In this document: in pieces, positions 10,824 through 23,376 of the stretch | Layout of the letters: every line of letters begins with the position of its first letter | Position numbering within the stretch: the first letter of the stretch is position 1 | From: an uncultured Nitrospinota bacterium | GTDB lineage: Bacteria > Tectomicrobia > Entotheonellia > J063 > CAVPRW01 | DNA: 64,000 nt | Assembly (NCBI GenBank): GCA_963707985.1 | Contig: CAVPRW010000031.1 | Coordinates: 128,001 to 192,000 of the forward strand | Direction of reading: 5' to 3' | Notes under the pieces: model-generated | What the model was told of the DNA's origin: nothing | What the model saw: only the letters and a program-made list of their open reading frames with translations | The model's database searches: none | Position numbers and translations under genes: made by a program

Positions 10824-11693
10824 ATGGCGTGCAACCCGGACGTGCTGAAACAAGTGCCGTTATTCGCCCTTCTAGACGAGGAAGAGAGGGCGGTGTTGGC
10901 TGCACAGGTCGACATCAAGGCCTTTGCCAGCCGCCAGCGCATATACAAGACGGGCGATCCCGGAGGACGAGCCTACGTCCTGATTTCGGGAGTAGTTCGA
11001 GTCACCACCGTCGATGAGGATCATCAGGAAGTCGTCATCCATGAACCGGCGGCCGGAGAGTTCTTTGGTTTCGCCTCCATGCTCGAGCGCACACCGCACC
11101 AAACTGAGGCCAATGCCCTGGAAGACAGCGTCTGTCTCGAAGTCGATCGTACGCACATCTCCGTGTTGGTCCAACGCAAACCAGATGCAGGGATGGACAT
11201 GCTCACGGTCTTAGGCCGTCAGCTGCACGCCGCCCAGGAGTTGGTGCGTAGTCGCGCCATGCGTAACCCGAACGAGGTGATCGAGAAGGAAGCCACGTTT
11301 GGCGAGCGCATTGCTGACTCAGTCGCCCGCTTTGGAGGCTCCTGGTCCTTCATCATCACGTTTGGGGTGGTGTTGGCCGTGTACACGACTGCCAATGTGT
11401 TATTGGACCGCTCTGCCTGGGATCCCTATCCGTTCATTTTGTTGAACTTGTTCCTATCTATGCTGGCTGCCATCCAGGCGCCTGTGATCATGATGAGTCA
11501 GAATCGCCAGGACGCCAAGGATCGCCTGCGAGGTGAGCTCGACTACGATGTCAACCGCCGCGCCGAGGTGCAGATCCAAGGACTGGCGCACAAGCTGAAC
11601 TTGTTGGGTGAGAAGATCGACGACGTCGAAGATCTGCTTCGCGAAAGACTGCCACGCAGCGAGGGCAGTGATTCCAGACCCGTAACGTCCTGA
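10824..11693 (+). CDS. Cyclic-nucleotide-binding domain / DUF1003 membrane protein
   Basis: LKQVPLFALL...GEFFG cNMP fold; TFGERIAD.VARFGGSW and DPYPFILLNL.LS..AAIQAP.IMMSQNRQ DUF1003 motifs. Confidence 0.9.
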   Translation: MACNPDVLKQVPLFALLDEEERAVLAAQVDIKAFASRQRIYKTGDPGGRAYVLISGVVRVTTVDEDHQEVVIHEPAAGEFFGFASMLERTPHQTEANALEDSVCLEVDRTHISVLVQRKPDAGMDMLTVLGRQLHAAQELVRSRAMRNPNEVIEKEATFGERIADSVARFGGSWSFIITFGVVLAVYTTANVLLDRSAWDPYPFILLNLFLSMLAAIQAPVIMMSQNRQDAKDRLRGELDYDVNRRAEVQIQGLAHKLNLLGEKIDDVEDLLRERLPRSEGSDSRPVTS

Positions 11694-11843
11694 CGCAGTA
11701 GGCGTGTAACAGACTATTGTTCTCTGTCGGGCAGCAGTGGCCGAGAGCGGCGTCGAGTGAGCTCCATGAGAATAGTATATCTGCCCATTGCCTCTGCAAG
11801 TTTCAGCATCGACATCTGAGAGTTGGCTCATGAAGGAGGACTC

Positions 11844-12974
11844 ATGGCACGGCCAGAAGACATTGCGCGCTACCGCATCAATCTGCAAGGGGAAATCGAT
11901 GGGGCTATGCTCTACCGCACCATGGCCGAGGTGGCATCTCAGCCACAGCTCGCAGAAATCTACCGGCGCCTGGCGACGGTCGAGGAAGCGCATGCCGGGC
12001 TCTGGGAACGGCAGCTGCGCCAGGCGGGTCTGTCGGTGCCACCGCGACGGCCGAGCTGGCGAGCACAGACCCTACGTTGGTTAGCGAAGCGCCTGGGCGC
12101 GTCATGGGTGCTCCCCACCCTTGCGACTATGGAACACGCGGACCAACACATGTATGACACCCAGCCGGAAGCTAGACAGACCACGTTGCCCGCCGATGAA
12201 CGGTCCCATGCTCGCCTCCTGCGGGCTATCGCGGGGGCGTCCCCTATGGGCATGGAGGGTCGGACGCTGGCTCGCCTTGAGGGGCGGCATCGGGCCGTTG
12301 GGGGAAATGCCCTCCGGGCAGCAGTCCTGGGGGCGAATGATGGTCTGGTGTCCAATCTGAGCCTGGTGATGGGTGTTGCTGGGGCGGATCTGTCGGGCCA
12401 AGGTATCCTGGTCACCGGACTGGCAGGTTTACTGGCAGGTGCCTGTTCCATGGCCATGGGAGAATGGGTCTCAGTGCAAAGCTCTCGCGAGCTCTCACAG
12501 CGCCAACTCGCCATTGAGGCGGACGAGATTGCCGCGGTCCCGCAGGAAGAACAGCAGGAATTGGCACTGATTTACGAGGCGAAAGGATTGAGCCCTGACG
12601 AGGCGGGCAAAGTGGCCGCGGAGCTGATGGCGGACAAAGGGAAGGCTCTGGAGACGTTAGCGCAAGAGGAGTTAGGCCTCGACCCCGAGCAGCTAGGTGG
12701 GTCGCCCTGGGTGGCGGCGGCGACGTCATTCATCCTTTTCGCCATCGGTGCTATCCTGCCAGTCGCTCCGTTTACGGTCCTCACCGGGATGCCTGCTGTC
12801 ATGGCCAGCCTTGGGGTCAGCGCCGCAGCTCTATTCGTGATCGGGGCGGCGATTACGCTGTTCACAGGGCGGAACGCGCTGTATGCTGGGAGCCGCCAAT
12901 TACTCTTTGGCTTGGCGGCAGCTGGACTGACGTATGGCATTGGCCGGCTGATCGGCGTGACCCTGGCTGGCTGA
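11844..12974 (+). CDS. VIT1/CCC1 metal transporter with N-terminal ferritin-like domain
   Basis: LRAAVLGANDGLVS, SMAMGEWVSV; N-terminal E..H motifs; SD AAGGAGGA. Confidence 0.9.
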   Translation: MARPEDIARYRINLQGEIDGAMLYRTMAEVASQPQLAEIYRRLATVEEAHAGLWERQLRQAGLSVPPRRPSWRAQTLRWLAKRLGASWVLPTLATMEHADQHMYDTQPEARQTTLPADERSHARLLRAIAGASPMGMEGRTLARLEGRHRAVGGNALRAAVLGANDGLVSNLSLVMGVAGADLSGQGILVTGLAGLLAGACSMAMGEWVSVQSSRELSQRQLAIEADEIAAVPQEEQQELALIYEAKGLSPDEAGKVAAELMADKGKALETLAQEELGLDPEQLGGSPWVAAATSFILFAIGAILPVAPFTVLTGMPAVMASLGVSAAALFVIGAAITLFTGRNALYAGSRQLLFGLAAAGLTYGIGRLIGVTLAG

Positions 12975-13084
12975 CAGCCGCTGCGCACGTTGATGGACGC
13001 GGATATTGCGGCCAACCGGGCCTTCAAGAGCCGCGAGGCAGGGAAACGGAAAATGCCCAGCCACGCTGCCCCACACCGCCTGAA

Positions 13085-13718
13085 CTAGCCAGAAGATTTG
13101 GTCAAAACCCAGGCCTCGTGTCGAAGCATGTGGCAATGCAGCAATGGCTTATAGACGTAGCTCCGTACCACGCTGCTCCATATGGGCTCTGCTAAACGGC
13201 CTACGCATCGGTTTCGCTGCTGAAGACTTCGAAGCTCCGATGCTAGCTTCCCGTGAAAAGCGGCGAGCTGCCGCGGGAAGATGGTCGCTACCGCGAAGTA
13301 GTAGACCTTCTGGTCCTCGGCCATTGCCTCTTGAATCCGGGCGCGAGCAGGGTCTGAATCCAGATAACGCGTGTCGCGTTGCAGGCGTGCTACCTCGTGC
13401 GGGGGTCGTTTGTCGCTCAACTAGTTGGCGCGGCGATATTCTGGGCGAAAACCAGGCTCCTGCAGCCATCCGCCTAGCATCAGCACCGATTCATCGAAGC
13501 GCTCGGTCAAGCCGACGAAATCGACGCGCGTGGAGAGCAACTCGATCGCTTTCTGCGCATTGGGTTCACGGGCGATCATCTTGGCTTGCCAGTTGTGTAC
13601 CCAGGTGGCTGTGATCCAGCGCTCGAAGTCCCGGGGACTGTGGTCCGCGAGGCGTGCGTTCAGAAAATGCGACCGCAGTCTGGCGGCCGGATCGCGTAAG
13701 AACGTAAAGAATCGGACT
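13085..13718 (-). pseudogene. Sulfotransferase-family remnant, 5'-truncated with an internal TAG
   Basis: Manual translation VRFFTFLRDPAARLRSHF...FVGLTERFDESV...RRAN*LSDKRP; TAG at 13421-13423 is in frame with ORF 13085-13420. Confidence 0.7.
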
Positions 13719-13801
13719 GTGACAGTGACCTTTTGGAAGGATTGTGTCGCTCAGGAAGGGGACAGCTTCATGAATAGCCACCGTGTGGCTGACGGACATG
13801 G

Positions 13802-14335
13802 TTAGAAGCCGGCACGGGATAACTCGGCAGCAAGCTGTTCCTCCTCCTGCCGCATAGCATCCTGCCAACGCATATACTCTGGCATGAGCTCGCTGACGGC
13901 TTGAGCGAGTGCGACCGGATCATCAGGGATCGACCGTGGCTGGAAGGTTACCACAACATCGCCAACTCCGGGTTGAAACTGAGATAAGAGGAGATAACCA
14001 GCCTTCATCAGACTTATCTGCCTGGGGTCCGACTGTGCATGCATGGCAATGAGCAGAGCCGTTTCGAGTGCATCCTTTGAGGCGGGTAGATACTTCAGGT
14101 CAGTCACGAGGCTGGCCGATTCAACGGGATGCCCGGTCACGAACGTATTGCCGCCGATACTGACAGCATACTTCGGGTCAGTCACGAGGCTGGCCGATTC
14201 AACGGCGTCCCCTAATGCACGGCCATACACATGAATCAACGCTTCGGCATGCAGGACCGCCCGGCGGACACGATGCCGAGCACGCCGTTGAGCGAGCCAA
14301 GAGTGTAGATAGGCGAATCCACAGGGGAGCTTCAT
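13802..14335 (-). CDS. Hypothetical protein with an internal duplication
   Basis: 177-aa ORF, SD GAGGAG; VESASLVTDPKY / VESASLVTDLKY. Confidence 0.55.
   Translation of the reverse strand: MKLPCGFAYLHSWLAQRRARHRVRRAVLHAEALIHVYGRALGDAVESASLVTDPKYAVSIGGNTFVTGHPVESASLVTDLKYLPASKDALETALLIAMHAQSDPRQISLMKAGYLLLSQFQPGVGDVVVTFQPRSIPDDPVALAQAVSELMPEYMRWQDAMRQEEEQLAAELSRAGF
14090..14205. repeat. Two 38-bp direct repeats (1 mismatch) separated by 40 bp
   Basis: ATACTTCRGGTCAGTCACGAGGCTGGCCGATTCAACGG at 14090-14127 and 14168-14205. Confidence 0.9.
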
Positions 14336-14382
14336 CTCCTCAGCGAAGGGGGCGATGCCTGCCCCATGAATATGGGGTGAAC

Positions 14383-15429
14383 ATGGCAGTCTTTAAAAAG
14401 GGGCGAGTCTGGTACATCGACTACTATGTCAAAGGGGTGCGGAAACGTAAAGAAGATCGGACCCAGCAAGCACATCGCCGAGCTGGCCTTGGCTCAGGTC
14501 CAGGTGAAGATCGCCAAGGGGGAATACCTCGGCATCTATGAAGAGAAGAAACTGACGTTTCGGCAATTTGCCCCCGAGTATCTCGCCTTCTCGCAGGCGA
14601 ACAAGAGTGGGAGCTCCTACGTCGTGACTGTATCGCCGTTGATCGCTGGCTTATCCCCGTGTTTGGGGATCGATATCTCTTTGACATCACCCTGGCAGCA
14701 GCGGAGCGGTACAAGCAGCAGCGCCTCGAGTCTGTCGATCCCGCAACCGTCAATTAAGAGGTGGACTGCCTCAAGGCCATGCTCAACAAGGCTGTGCGCT
14801 GGGGCTATCTATAAGAGAATCCCCTGAAGGGGATGAGGGCACTCACAGAACCACCAGGCCGGCTGCGCTATCTGACGCCGGAGGAAACCATGCGCCTGTT
14901 AGCCGCCTGTGACACGCCGCCGTACCTTCGCCCCATCGTGGATCTCGCCATGCATATGGGCATGCGGCGCTCGGAAATCCTTGCTCTGCGATGGGGGGAT
15001 GTGGACCTCCGCCGGCGGACACTCACCTTGAGTCACACCAAAAACAATGAATGGCGGGTGATCCCGATCAATGACACCGTGGCTGCGGTGCTCAAAGCCT
15101 GGCCGCGGGTGGTGGGAACCGATATCTTTTTTCCTGACCTCAATGGGCCGATGGTCACCCGGGCGTTCGGGCGGGCCTGCCGTAAAGTCGATGTCCCCAA
15201 CCTGCGTTTGCACGACCTGCGGCATACATTCGCGTCCTTTCTAGCGATGGGTGGCTTCAACCTGCGGGCCATTCAACAGCTCTTAGAGCATAAAGACCTG
15301 CGCATGACGGCGCGGTATGCGCATCTGTCGGCCGATCATCTGCAGCAGGCTGTCAAAAGTTTGGATGCTGTGTTGGGTTCGAGCAAGGCGATAGACACTA
15401 TCTGGATACCAACGGCAGAACAACGGTAA
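14383..15429 (+). pseudogene. Tyrosine integrase, inactivated
   Basis: Arm-binding-like WYIDYY start; catalytic MRRSE, TKN, HDLRH, EH, RYAH. Frameshifts near 14449 and 14620, stops at 14755 and 14812. Ends about 30 bp from the tRNA-Glu 3' end. Confidence 0.9.
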
Positions 15430-15460
15430 GGAAAGGCGTGGAAATCATTGATTTTACAAA

Positions 15461-15533
15461 TGGCCCCACCGAGATTCGAACTCGGGTTTCTGCCGTGAGA
15501 GGGCAGCGTCCTTGGCCTCTAGACGATGGGGCC
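15461..15533 (-). tRNA. tRNA-Glu(CTC)
   Basis: GGCCCCATCGTCTAGAGG...CTGCC-CTCTCAC-GGCAG...GTTCGAATC...GGGGCCA; CCA not encoded. Confidence 0.95.
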
Positions 15534-15548
15534 TCATCATTTCAGCTA

Positions 15549-15620
15549 TTCCGGGGCAGGGATTCGAACCCCGATTCTACGGTCCAGAGCCGCATGTCCT
15601 GCCTGTTGGACGACCCCGGA
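15549..15620 (-). tRNA. tRNA-Gln(CTG)
   Basis: TCCGGGGTCGTCCAACAGG...TGCGG-CTCTGGA-CCGTA...GTTCGAATC...CCCCGGAA; T1-A72 pair; CCA not encoded. Confidence 0.95.
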
Positions 15621-15695
15621 GTGATCGTCTTAAGAAAATGCTTGCTATCGAGGCACAGGATGCGAAGAAGCCAACGACCATCCTGCAGGAGGTAG

Positions 15696-15724
15696 GTTAT
15701 AACGAAGTTGTAGGGGTTCGTCAA
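15696..15724 (-). promoter_or_regulatory. Sigma70-type promoter for tRNA-Gln/tRNA-Glu
   Basis: TTGACG-N17-TATAAC on the minus strand. Confidence 0.75.
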
Positions 15725-16441
15725 GTAGGAAAATCGACCGCTTGTCTTGGCTGCCTTTTCTCGACAATCCGTGCGCTTTTTTGTTAGCTTCGCTTTTCCG
15801 CTCAACGGTGGTAGGTGGGTGCTGTCAACTAGAAGGTGTGCCTATCCCAACCTGGCCAAAATGCCCCTAACCTGACTTGCCGGAGAGAGTTGTTTGCATG
15901 ACTCCCTAGCCTCGTACGGATGGAACGGCACACGACACGAATTTGAAGGGCGCCCAACAAGCTATACCGTTGGTCTACGAGATGATCTCTGGATTTCGGA
16001 AGATTCAGTGGACGAGATAGAGGGTCAGTAAATCGACAGAAAAGATCTCAAGTCCTTAGAGCATTGACTTTCCATTGATAACGGAGGCTATTTTTCACGT
16101 CCTGCTTTTTTCATAATCGCTGCATTGCCGAAAGGCTCCGCTCGCCGCTCTGATGTGTACTTGTGCGATGGTCGCAGCGATCATGTCATGGAGGCTCGAC
16201 ATCCGATGGTCGAAATGACTGCTCAAGGGTGCTTTCGACCTAGGGTGACCTCGTTCATCAGGAATAACTGGAGCAACAACTGTAACAAACTAAGGCAGCC
16301 AGACTAACACTCGGTGGTGGTCTAGGGCGAGAAGCGGCTCCCCTCACGCTTGACAGCGTGATAGAGATCGTGCTACAGGGGAAGACCCTTGAGTGGGAGA
16401 AGAGTTGTCAGCGGATATGGTGCTGTGAACGGGGTGCGCCC

Positions 16442-17201
16442 ATGATAAGCGAGCAGCTATCGTTAGCGGGAAAAGTGGCCATGGTGACCGGGTCTGGACG
16501 CGGCTTGGGTCGTGCCATGGCTCTGGCCATGGCGGACGCAGGAGCAGACTTGGTTATTACTGCACGGACACTTGGAGAGATTGAGGCGGTCGGCAAAGAG
16601 GTCGAGCAGCGTGGTCGTAGGGCCTTTGTGACACCTTGTGATGTGACCAAAACAGACGATGTCGAGGGCATGGTGGCAAGAGCTCTTGAAGCTCTAGGAA
16701 GGGTCGACATTCTAGTCAATAACGCCGGAGGCAGTCGTCGGAAAGCTGTGTTGGAGATGACCGATGAGGAATGGCATTGGGTGGTTGATCTTAACCTGAC
16801 GAGCACCTTTATTTGCTCGCGAACGGTCGGACGGCACATGGCCGTCCAGAAACAGTGGCAAGGTGATTAACATCGCCTCTGGGTGGGGATATCGTGGACT
16901 TCGGAACAGTACCCCGTATTGTGCCTCGAAAGCTGCGGTGATCAACTTCACGCGCGCACTCGCCGTGGAATGGAGTCGTCATAATATTCAGGTGAATTGC
17001 ATTGCCCCAGGCTACTTCCCACTCAAAGTCCCGACGGATGAGCCGGAGGCCCGCGAGCGTACTATACGCATCAGCCGCATCCCGCTTGGCGGGGGAGAGG
17101 CAGAGGATATTGGGCCGCTGGCTGTGTTTCTGGCCTCGAATGGGGCTAATTATCTAACTGGGCAGACGCTTTTGCTTGACGGCGGGGCATTGCTGCCCTA
17201 G
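16442..17201 (+). CDS. SDR family oxidoreductase (one +1 frameshift near 16855, possibly a sequencing error)
   Basis: TGSGRGLG, LVNNAG in the first frame; GKVINIAS, YCASK, NCIAPG in the second. Confidence 0.85.
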
Positions 17202-17212
17202 GAGTACGCTAG

Positions 17213-17977
17213 ATGGTGTTTGACCGATTTACCTTGGAGGGAAAAGTCGCCATTGTGACAGGGGCTGGCAGAGGGCTTGGCGCGACGATGGCATTGTCTT
17301 TGGCGCAAGCGGGCGCTGCGGTCGTAGCTGTAGCACGGACGGAGCAGGAAATCCAAGAGACGGTCGCGGCGGTCACGAAACTTGGGAAAACAGGGCTAGC
17401 GCTGCCAGCGGATGTGACTGATTCCAGGGCCGTGGACCAGTTAGTGGCACATGTGGCAATGCACCTCGGTAGCGTCGACATCTTGATCAATAATGCTGGT
17501 GGAGAATTTGGCTTGAGTAAAGCCGTCACTGAACTCAGTGATGAGGAGTGGCGTCAGATCCTATCGACTAACTTGACAGGTGCTTTTTATTGTACCAGAG
17601 CTGCGGGGCGCCATATGCTCGACCGTGGCTGGGGACGCGTGATCAATGTGACCTGTATCTATGGTGCCCGCGGTAGCGTGGAGCATGCGGCGTATGCCGC
17701 GGCAAAAGGTGGTCTGATGCAATTCTCCCAGGCCTTAGCGTTGGAATGGGCTAAGCGGGGGGTGACTGTTAATACCCTAGGCATTGGATGGTTTGAGGAT
17801 CAGGCACTACCCTCTCTAGAGCCGGAAATCCGAGAGCAGCTAAAACGAGCCATTCCAGTGCAACGATTCGGTCGACCCACGGACGTCGAATCGGTAGTAG
17901 TTTATCTCGCTTCGGATGCGTCGCGCTATTATACGGGCCAAAGCATATGGCTAGACGGAGGGATTCTCTGCCGATAA
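17213..17977 (+). CDS. SDR family oxidoreductase
   Basis: TGAGRGLG, INNAG, YAAAK. Confidence 0.9.
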   Translation: MVFDRFTLEGKVAIVTGAGRGLGATMALSLAQAGAAVVAVARTEQEIQETVAAVTKLGKTGLALPADVTDSRAVDQLVAHVAMHLGSVDILINNAGGEFGLSKAVTELSDEEWRQILSTNLTGAFYCTRAAGRHMLDRGWGRVINVTCIYGARGSVEHAAYAAAKGGLMQFSQALALEWAKRGVTVNTLGIGWFEDQALPSLEPEIREQLKRAIPVQRFGRPTDVESVVVYLASDASRYYTGQSIWLDGGILCR

Positions 17978-18033
17978 CAGCGAGCCGCGCATAATGACCA
18001 TCAGATCCCGTGCTCCGAGACATGGTGACGATG

Positions 18034-18085
18034 GTCAAAAACATAAAGGCCGTCGAATATATTCGACGGCCTTTATGTTTTTGAC
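18034..18085. terminator. Perfect 52-bp palindrome; likely bidirectional terminator between the SDRs and the 23S unit
   Basis: GTCAAAAACATAAAGGCCGTCGAATA|TATTCGACGGCCTTTATGTTTTTGAC, with T-rich tails on both strands. Confidence 0.85.
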
Positions 18086-18122
18086 AACTCAATACGAAAA
18101 CAGCCCACTCGCAAGCAGAAGT

Positions 18123-21133
<3,011 letters not shown>

Positions 21134-21150
21134 ATATTGCCAGCGAATGT

Positions 21151-21180
21151 GCTGTTTTCGTATTCAGTTGTCAAAGAGCG
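21151..21180 (-). promoter_or_regulatory. boxA and 5' arm of the 23S processing stem (pairs with 18081-18104)
   Basis: Minus strand CGCTCTTTGACAACTGAATACGAAAACAGC; plus strand 18081-18104 reads TTGACAACTCAATACGAAAACAGC (23/24 inverted repeat). Confidence 0.8.
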
Positions 21181-21231
21181 TTACAACATAAGGCAATTTT
21201 GCTCTCTACACTAGCAGAGCAAACAAGTCTG

Positions 21232-21304
<73 letters not shown>

Positions 21305-21369
21305 TCGCTCTTGTAGTGAAGCTTACAAGCAAATGCCAGGTAAAACCGTATGCAGCTCTTAACACTTGA

Positions 21370-21443
<74 letters not shown>

Positions 21444-21600
21444 ACACAGAACCTCTTCCAGCAGGCTAAGCGGAACCTTCCCACTTTCCCGAGGGCTCAT
21501 GAGCCGGTGAGGCTCCCTTCCGAAGCCTGCAATTCACCGGCAACGTCGGCACCAGATAGCCCATCGGCTGCTGCCTTGCCTTACCCGGCCTAACTTCCCC

Positions 21601-21647
21601 CTCAAAGAGCGAGATGTAAATATACGACCCACCCCTCATAGTGTCAA
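21601..21647 (-). promoter_or_regulatory. rRNA-type sigma70 promoter followed by a leader boxA
   Basis: TTGACA (21647-21642)-N17-TATATT (21624-21619), AT-rich upstream tract, then CGCTCTTTGAG. Confidence 0.8.
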
Positions 21648-21731
21648 GATGTTTTTCGCTATCAGACAAAATCTTCTATATTTCATGGAAAACACTAGAA
21701 GTATTTAGAATTCTTCGATTTATGTGGGTTG

Positions 21732-22985
21732 TCAGGAAGATGAGCGCACAATATTTTCTGGATGTATGCGGGCGAATCGCCTGCGGCCCACCTGCAGAAG
21801 ATGTGGTTCACTGGCCGACAGACGCAAGTTGGCGTCGTTCACCCGCTCACCATTGACCCTAACCGCGCCGTGTTGAATTAACCGACGGGCCTCACTGTTA
21901 CTCGGTGCCAGGCCTGCCTGGACGAGAACTTCGACGATCCACATTTGCTCACCATTGACACCGGAAAGGCGGATGGAGGGTGCGACGATATCATCGGGTA
22001 ATCCCCCGGCTTGAAACATACGCCGAAATTCGCGCTCTGCCTCCTGTGCTGCCGTAGCGTCATGAAAGCGCGCGACCAGCTCGCGCGCGAGGGCCATTTT
22101 AACATCGCGGGGATTGATTGATCCTTCGGCCATGTGCCGCTTCTCTTTCTCCAACAGAGCGGTGTCGATAGCGCTTAATAGTTCGTAATAACGCAACATG
22201 AGCTGATCGGAGAGCGACATGATCTTGCCATAGATCTGCCGCGGCGATTCGGTGATACCGATATAATTTCCTAAACTTTTGCTCATCTTCTGCACCCCGT
22301 CGAGCCCTTCAAGCAGGGGGGTGGTCAGGATGACCTGCGGTTCTTGTCCATATTCGCGCTGAATATCTCTGCCGACGAGCAAATTAAACTTCTGATCGGT
22401 CCCCCCCAACTCCACGTCCGCCTGCAGTGCAACCGAATCGTAGGCCTGAAACAGGGGGTAGAGAAATTCATGCACGCTGATGGCGCGCCCCTCATGAAAA
22501 CGTCGTTGGAAGTCGTCGCGTTCGAGCATACGGGCGACCGTGTGCTTGGCGGCCAGCGTCACAATCGCCTCGGGGGTGAGTTGCCCCAGCCATTCACTGT
22601 TGAACCGCACCGTTGTCATCGTAGGGTCCAGCACCTTGTAGATCTGCGCTGCATAGGTCTGGGCATTGGCCAAAATGTCATCCCGCGTGAGGGGCTTGCG
22701 GGTTTCGGATTTCCCTGTCGGATCACCAATCATCCCGGTAAAATCGCCGATGACCAAGAAGACGTGATGGCCGAGTTCTTGAAACTGCCGCAGCTTATGC
22801 AGGACGACGGTATGCCCAAGATGGATATCAGGTGCAGTCGGGTCGAGCCCCAGCTTGACCCGCAACGGTTTGCCGGTCGTCGTCGCGCGCTCAAGCTTCC
22901 GCCGTAACTCTTCAATGGTGATGAGATCGACAGCACCCCGCTGGATGATGCTGATTTGCGCATCGATGTTTATAGGATGTGACAT
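21732..22985 (-). CDS. tyrS: Tyrosine--tRNA ligase
   Basis: GLDPTAPDIHLGH, ELGGTDQKFN, KMSKS, C-terminal S4 domain. Confidence 0.97.
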   Translation of the reverse strand: MSHPINIDAQISIIQRGAVDLITIEELRRKLERATTTGKPLRVKLGLDPTAPDIHLGHTVVLHKLRQFQELGHHVFLVIGDFTGMIGDPTGKSETRKPLTRDDILANAQTYAAQIYKVLDPTMTTVRFNSEWLGQLTPEAIVTLAAKHTVARMLERDDFQRRFHEGRAISVHEFLYPLFQAYDSVALQADVELGGTDQKFNLLVGRDIQREYGQEPQVILTTPLLEGLDGVQKMSKSLGNYIGITESPRQIYGKIMSLSDQLMLRYYELLSAIDTALLEKEKRHMAEGSINPRDVKMALARELVARFHDATAAQEAEREFRRMFQAGGLPDDIVAPSIRLSGVNGEQMWIVEVLVQAGLAPSNSEARRLIQHGAVRVNGERVNDANLRLSASEPHLLQVGRRRFARIHPENIVRSSS

Positions 22986-23118
22986 GCCCGCTCACCTCTA
23001 CCTATGGCTGCATTCAAGCACTATGGTGGGCGTCCCTAGGACGTCACCCTCGACGGCACGAAGGGCGGTGAATCGCTGCCCTCACCCTTGGGCAAGGAGG
23101 AATCCCCCCAAACTGCGT

Positions 23119-23376
23119 TCAAGGCTCCTGCGATGAACGACCGCCGATCAAAGGTGGGAAGACACTGACGATATCTCCATCTGTCAAGAAACTGTTCTCC
23201 GTGGCATGCCGCCCATTAACCAGCACGATCCTGGGGAGATCGTCCGGCACACCCAACGCTTGCATGAGCACTTGGACGGTGTCGTGTTCGTGCACGTCCA
23301 TTTGCAGTCCCGATCGAATGGCATGCCGTGGTAGGAAGTCACGAAATGTGGCAAAGAGCTTGAGCGTGACGGTCAT
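23119..23376 (-). CDS. MoaD/ThiS ubiquitin-like sulfur carrier with a C-terminal extension
   Basis: KLFA.FR, LVNG, DGDIVSVFPPLIGG followed by RSSQEP; ATGA overlap with the upstream gene. Confidence 0.88.
   Translation of the reverse strand: MTVTLKLFATFRDFLPRHAIRSGLQMDVHEHDTVQVLMQALGVPDDLPRIVLVNGRHATENSFLTDGDIVSVFPPLIGGRSSQEP

Noticed and set aside
14090..14205. CRISPR array
   Set aside because: Only two repeats, in frame inside an ORF, with no cas genes or leader.
15800..16400. Long intergenic region as a hidden gene or ncRNA
   Set aside because: No convincing ORF, repeat or RNA motif seen by eye; an Rfam scan is still worthwhile.
21444..21612. 5S rRNA, 16S 3' remnant or SRP RNA call
   Set aside because: Only short chance-like matches; no CCGAAC 5S motif, no anti-SD and non-canonical SRP loop spacing. 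Kept only as a candidate structured RNA.
22986..23118. T-box or 6S RNA upstream of tyrS
   Set aside because: Only 133 bp, with no GGTGGNACC T-box core and no long 6S-like hairpin, although short stems are present.
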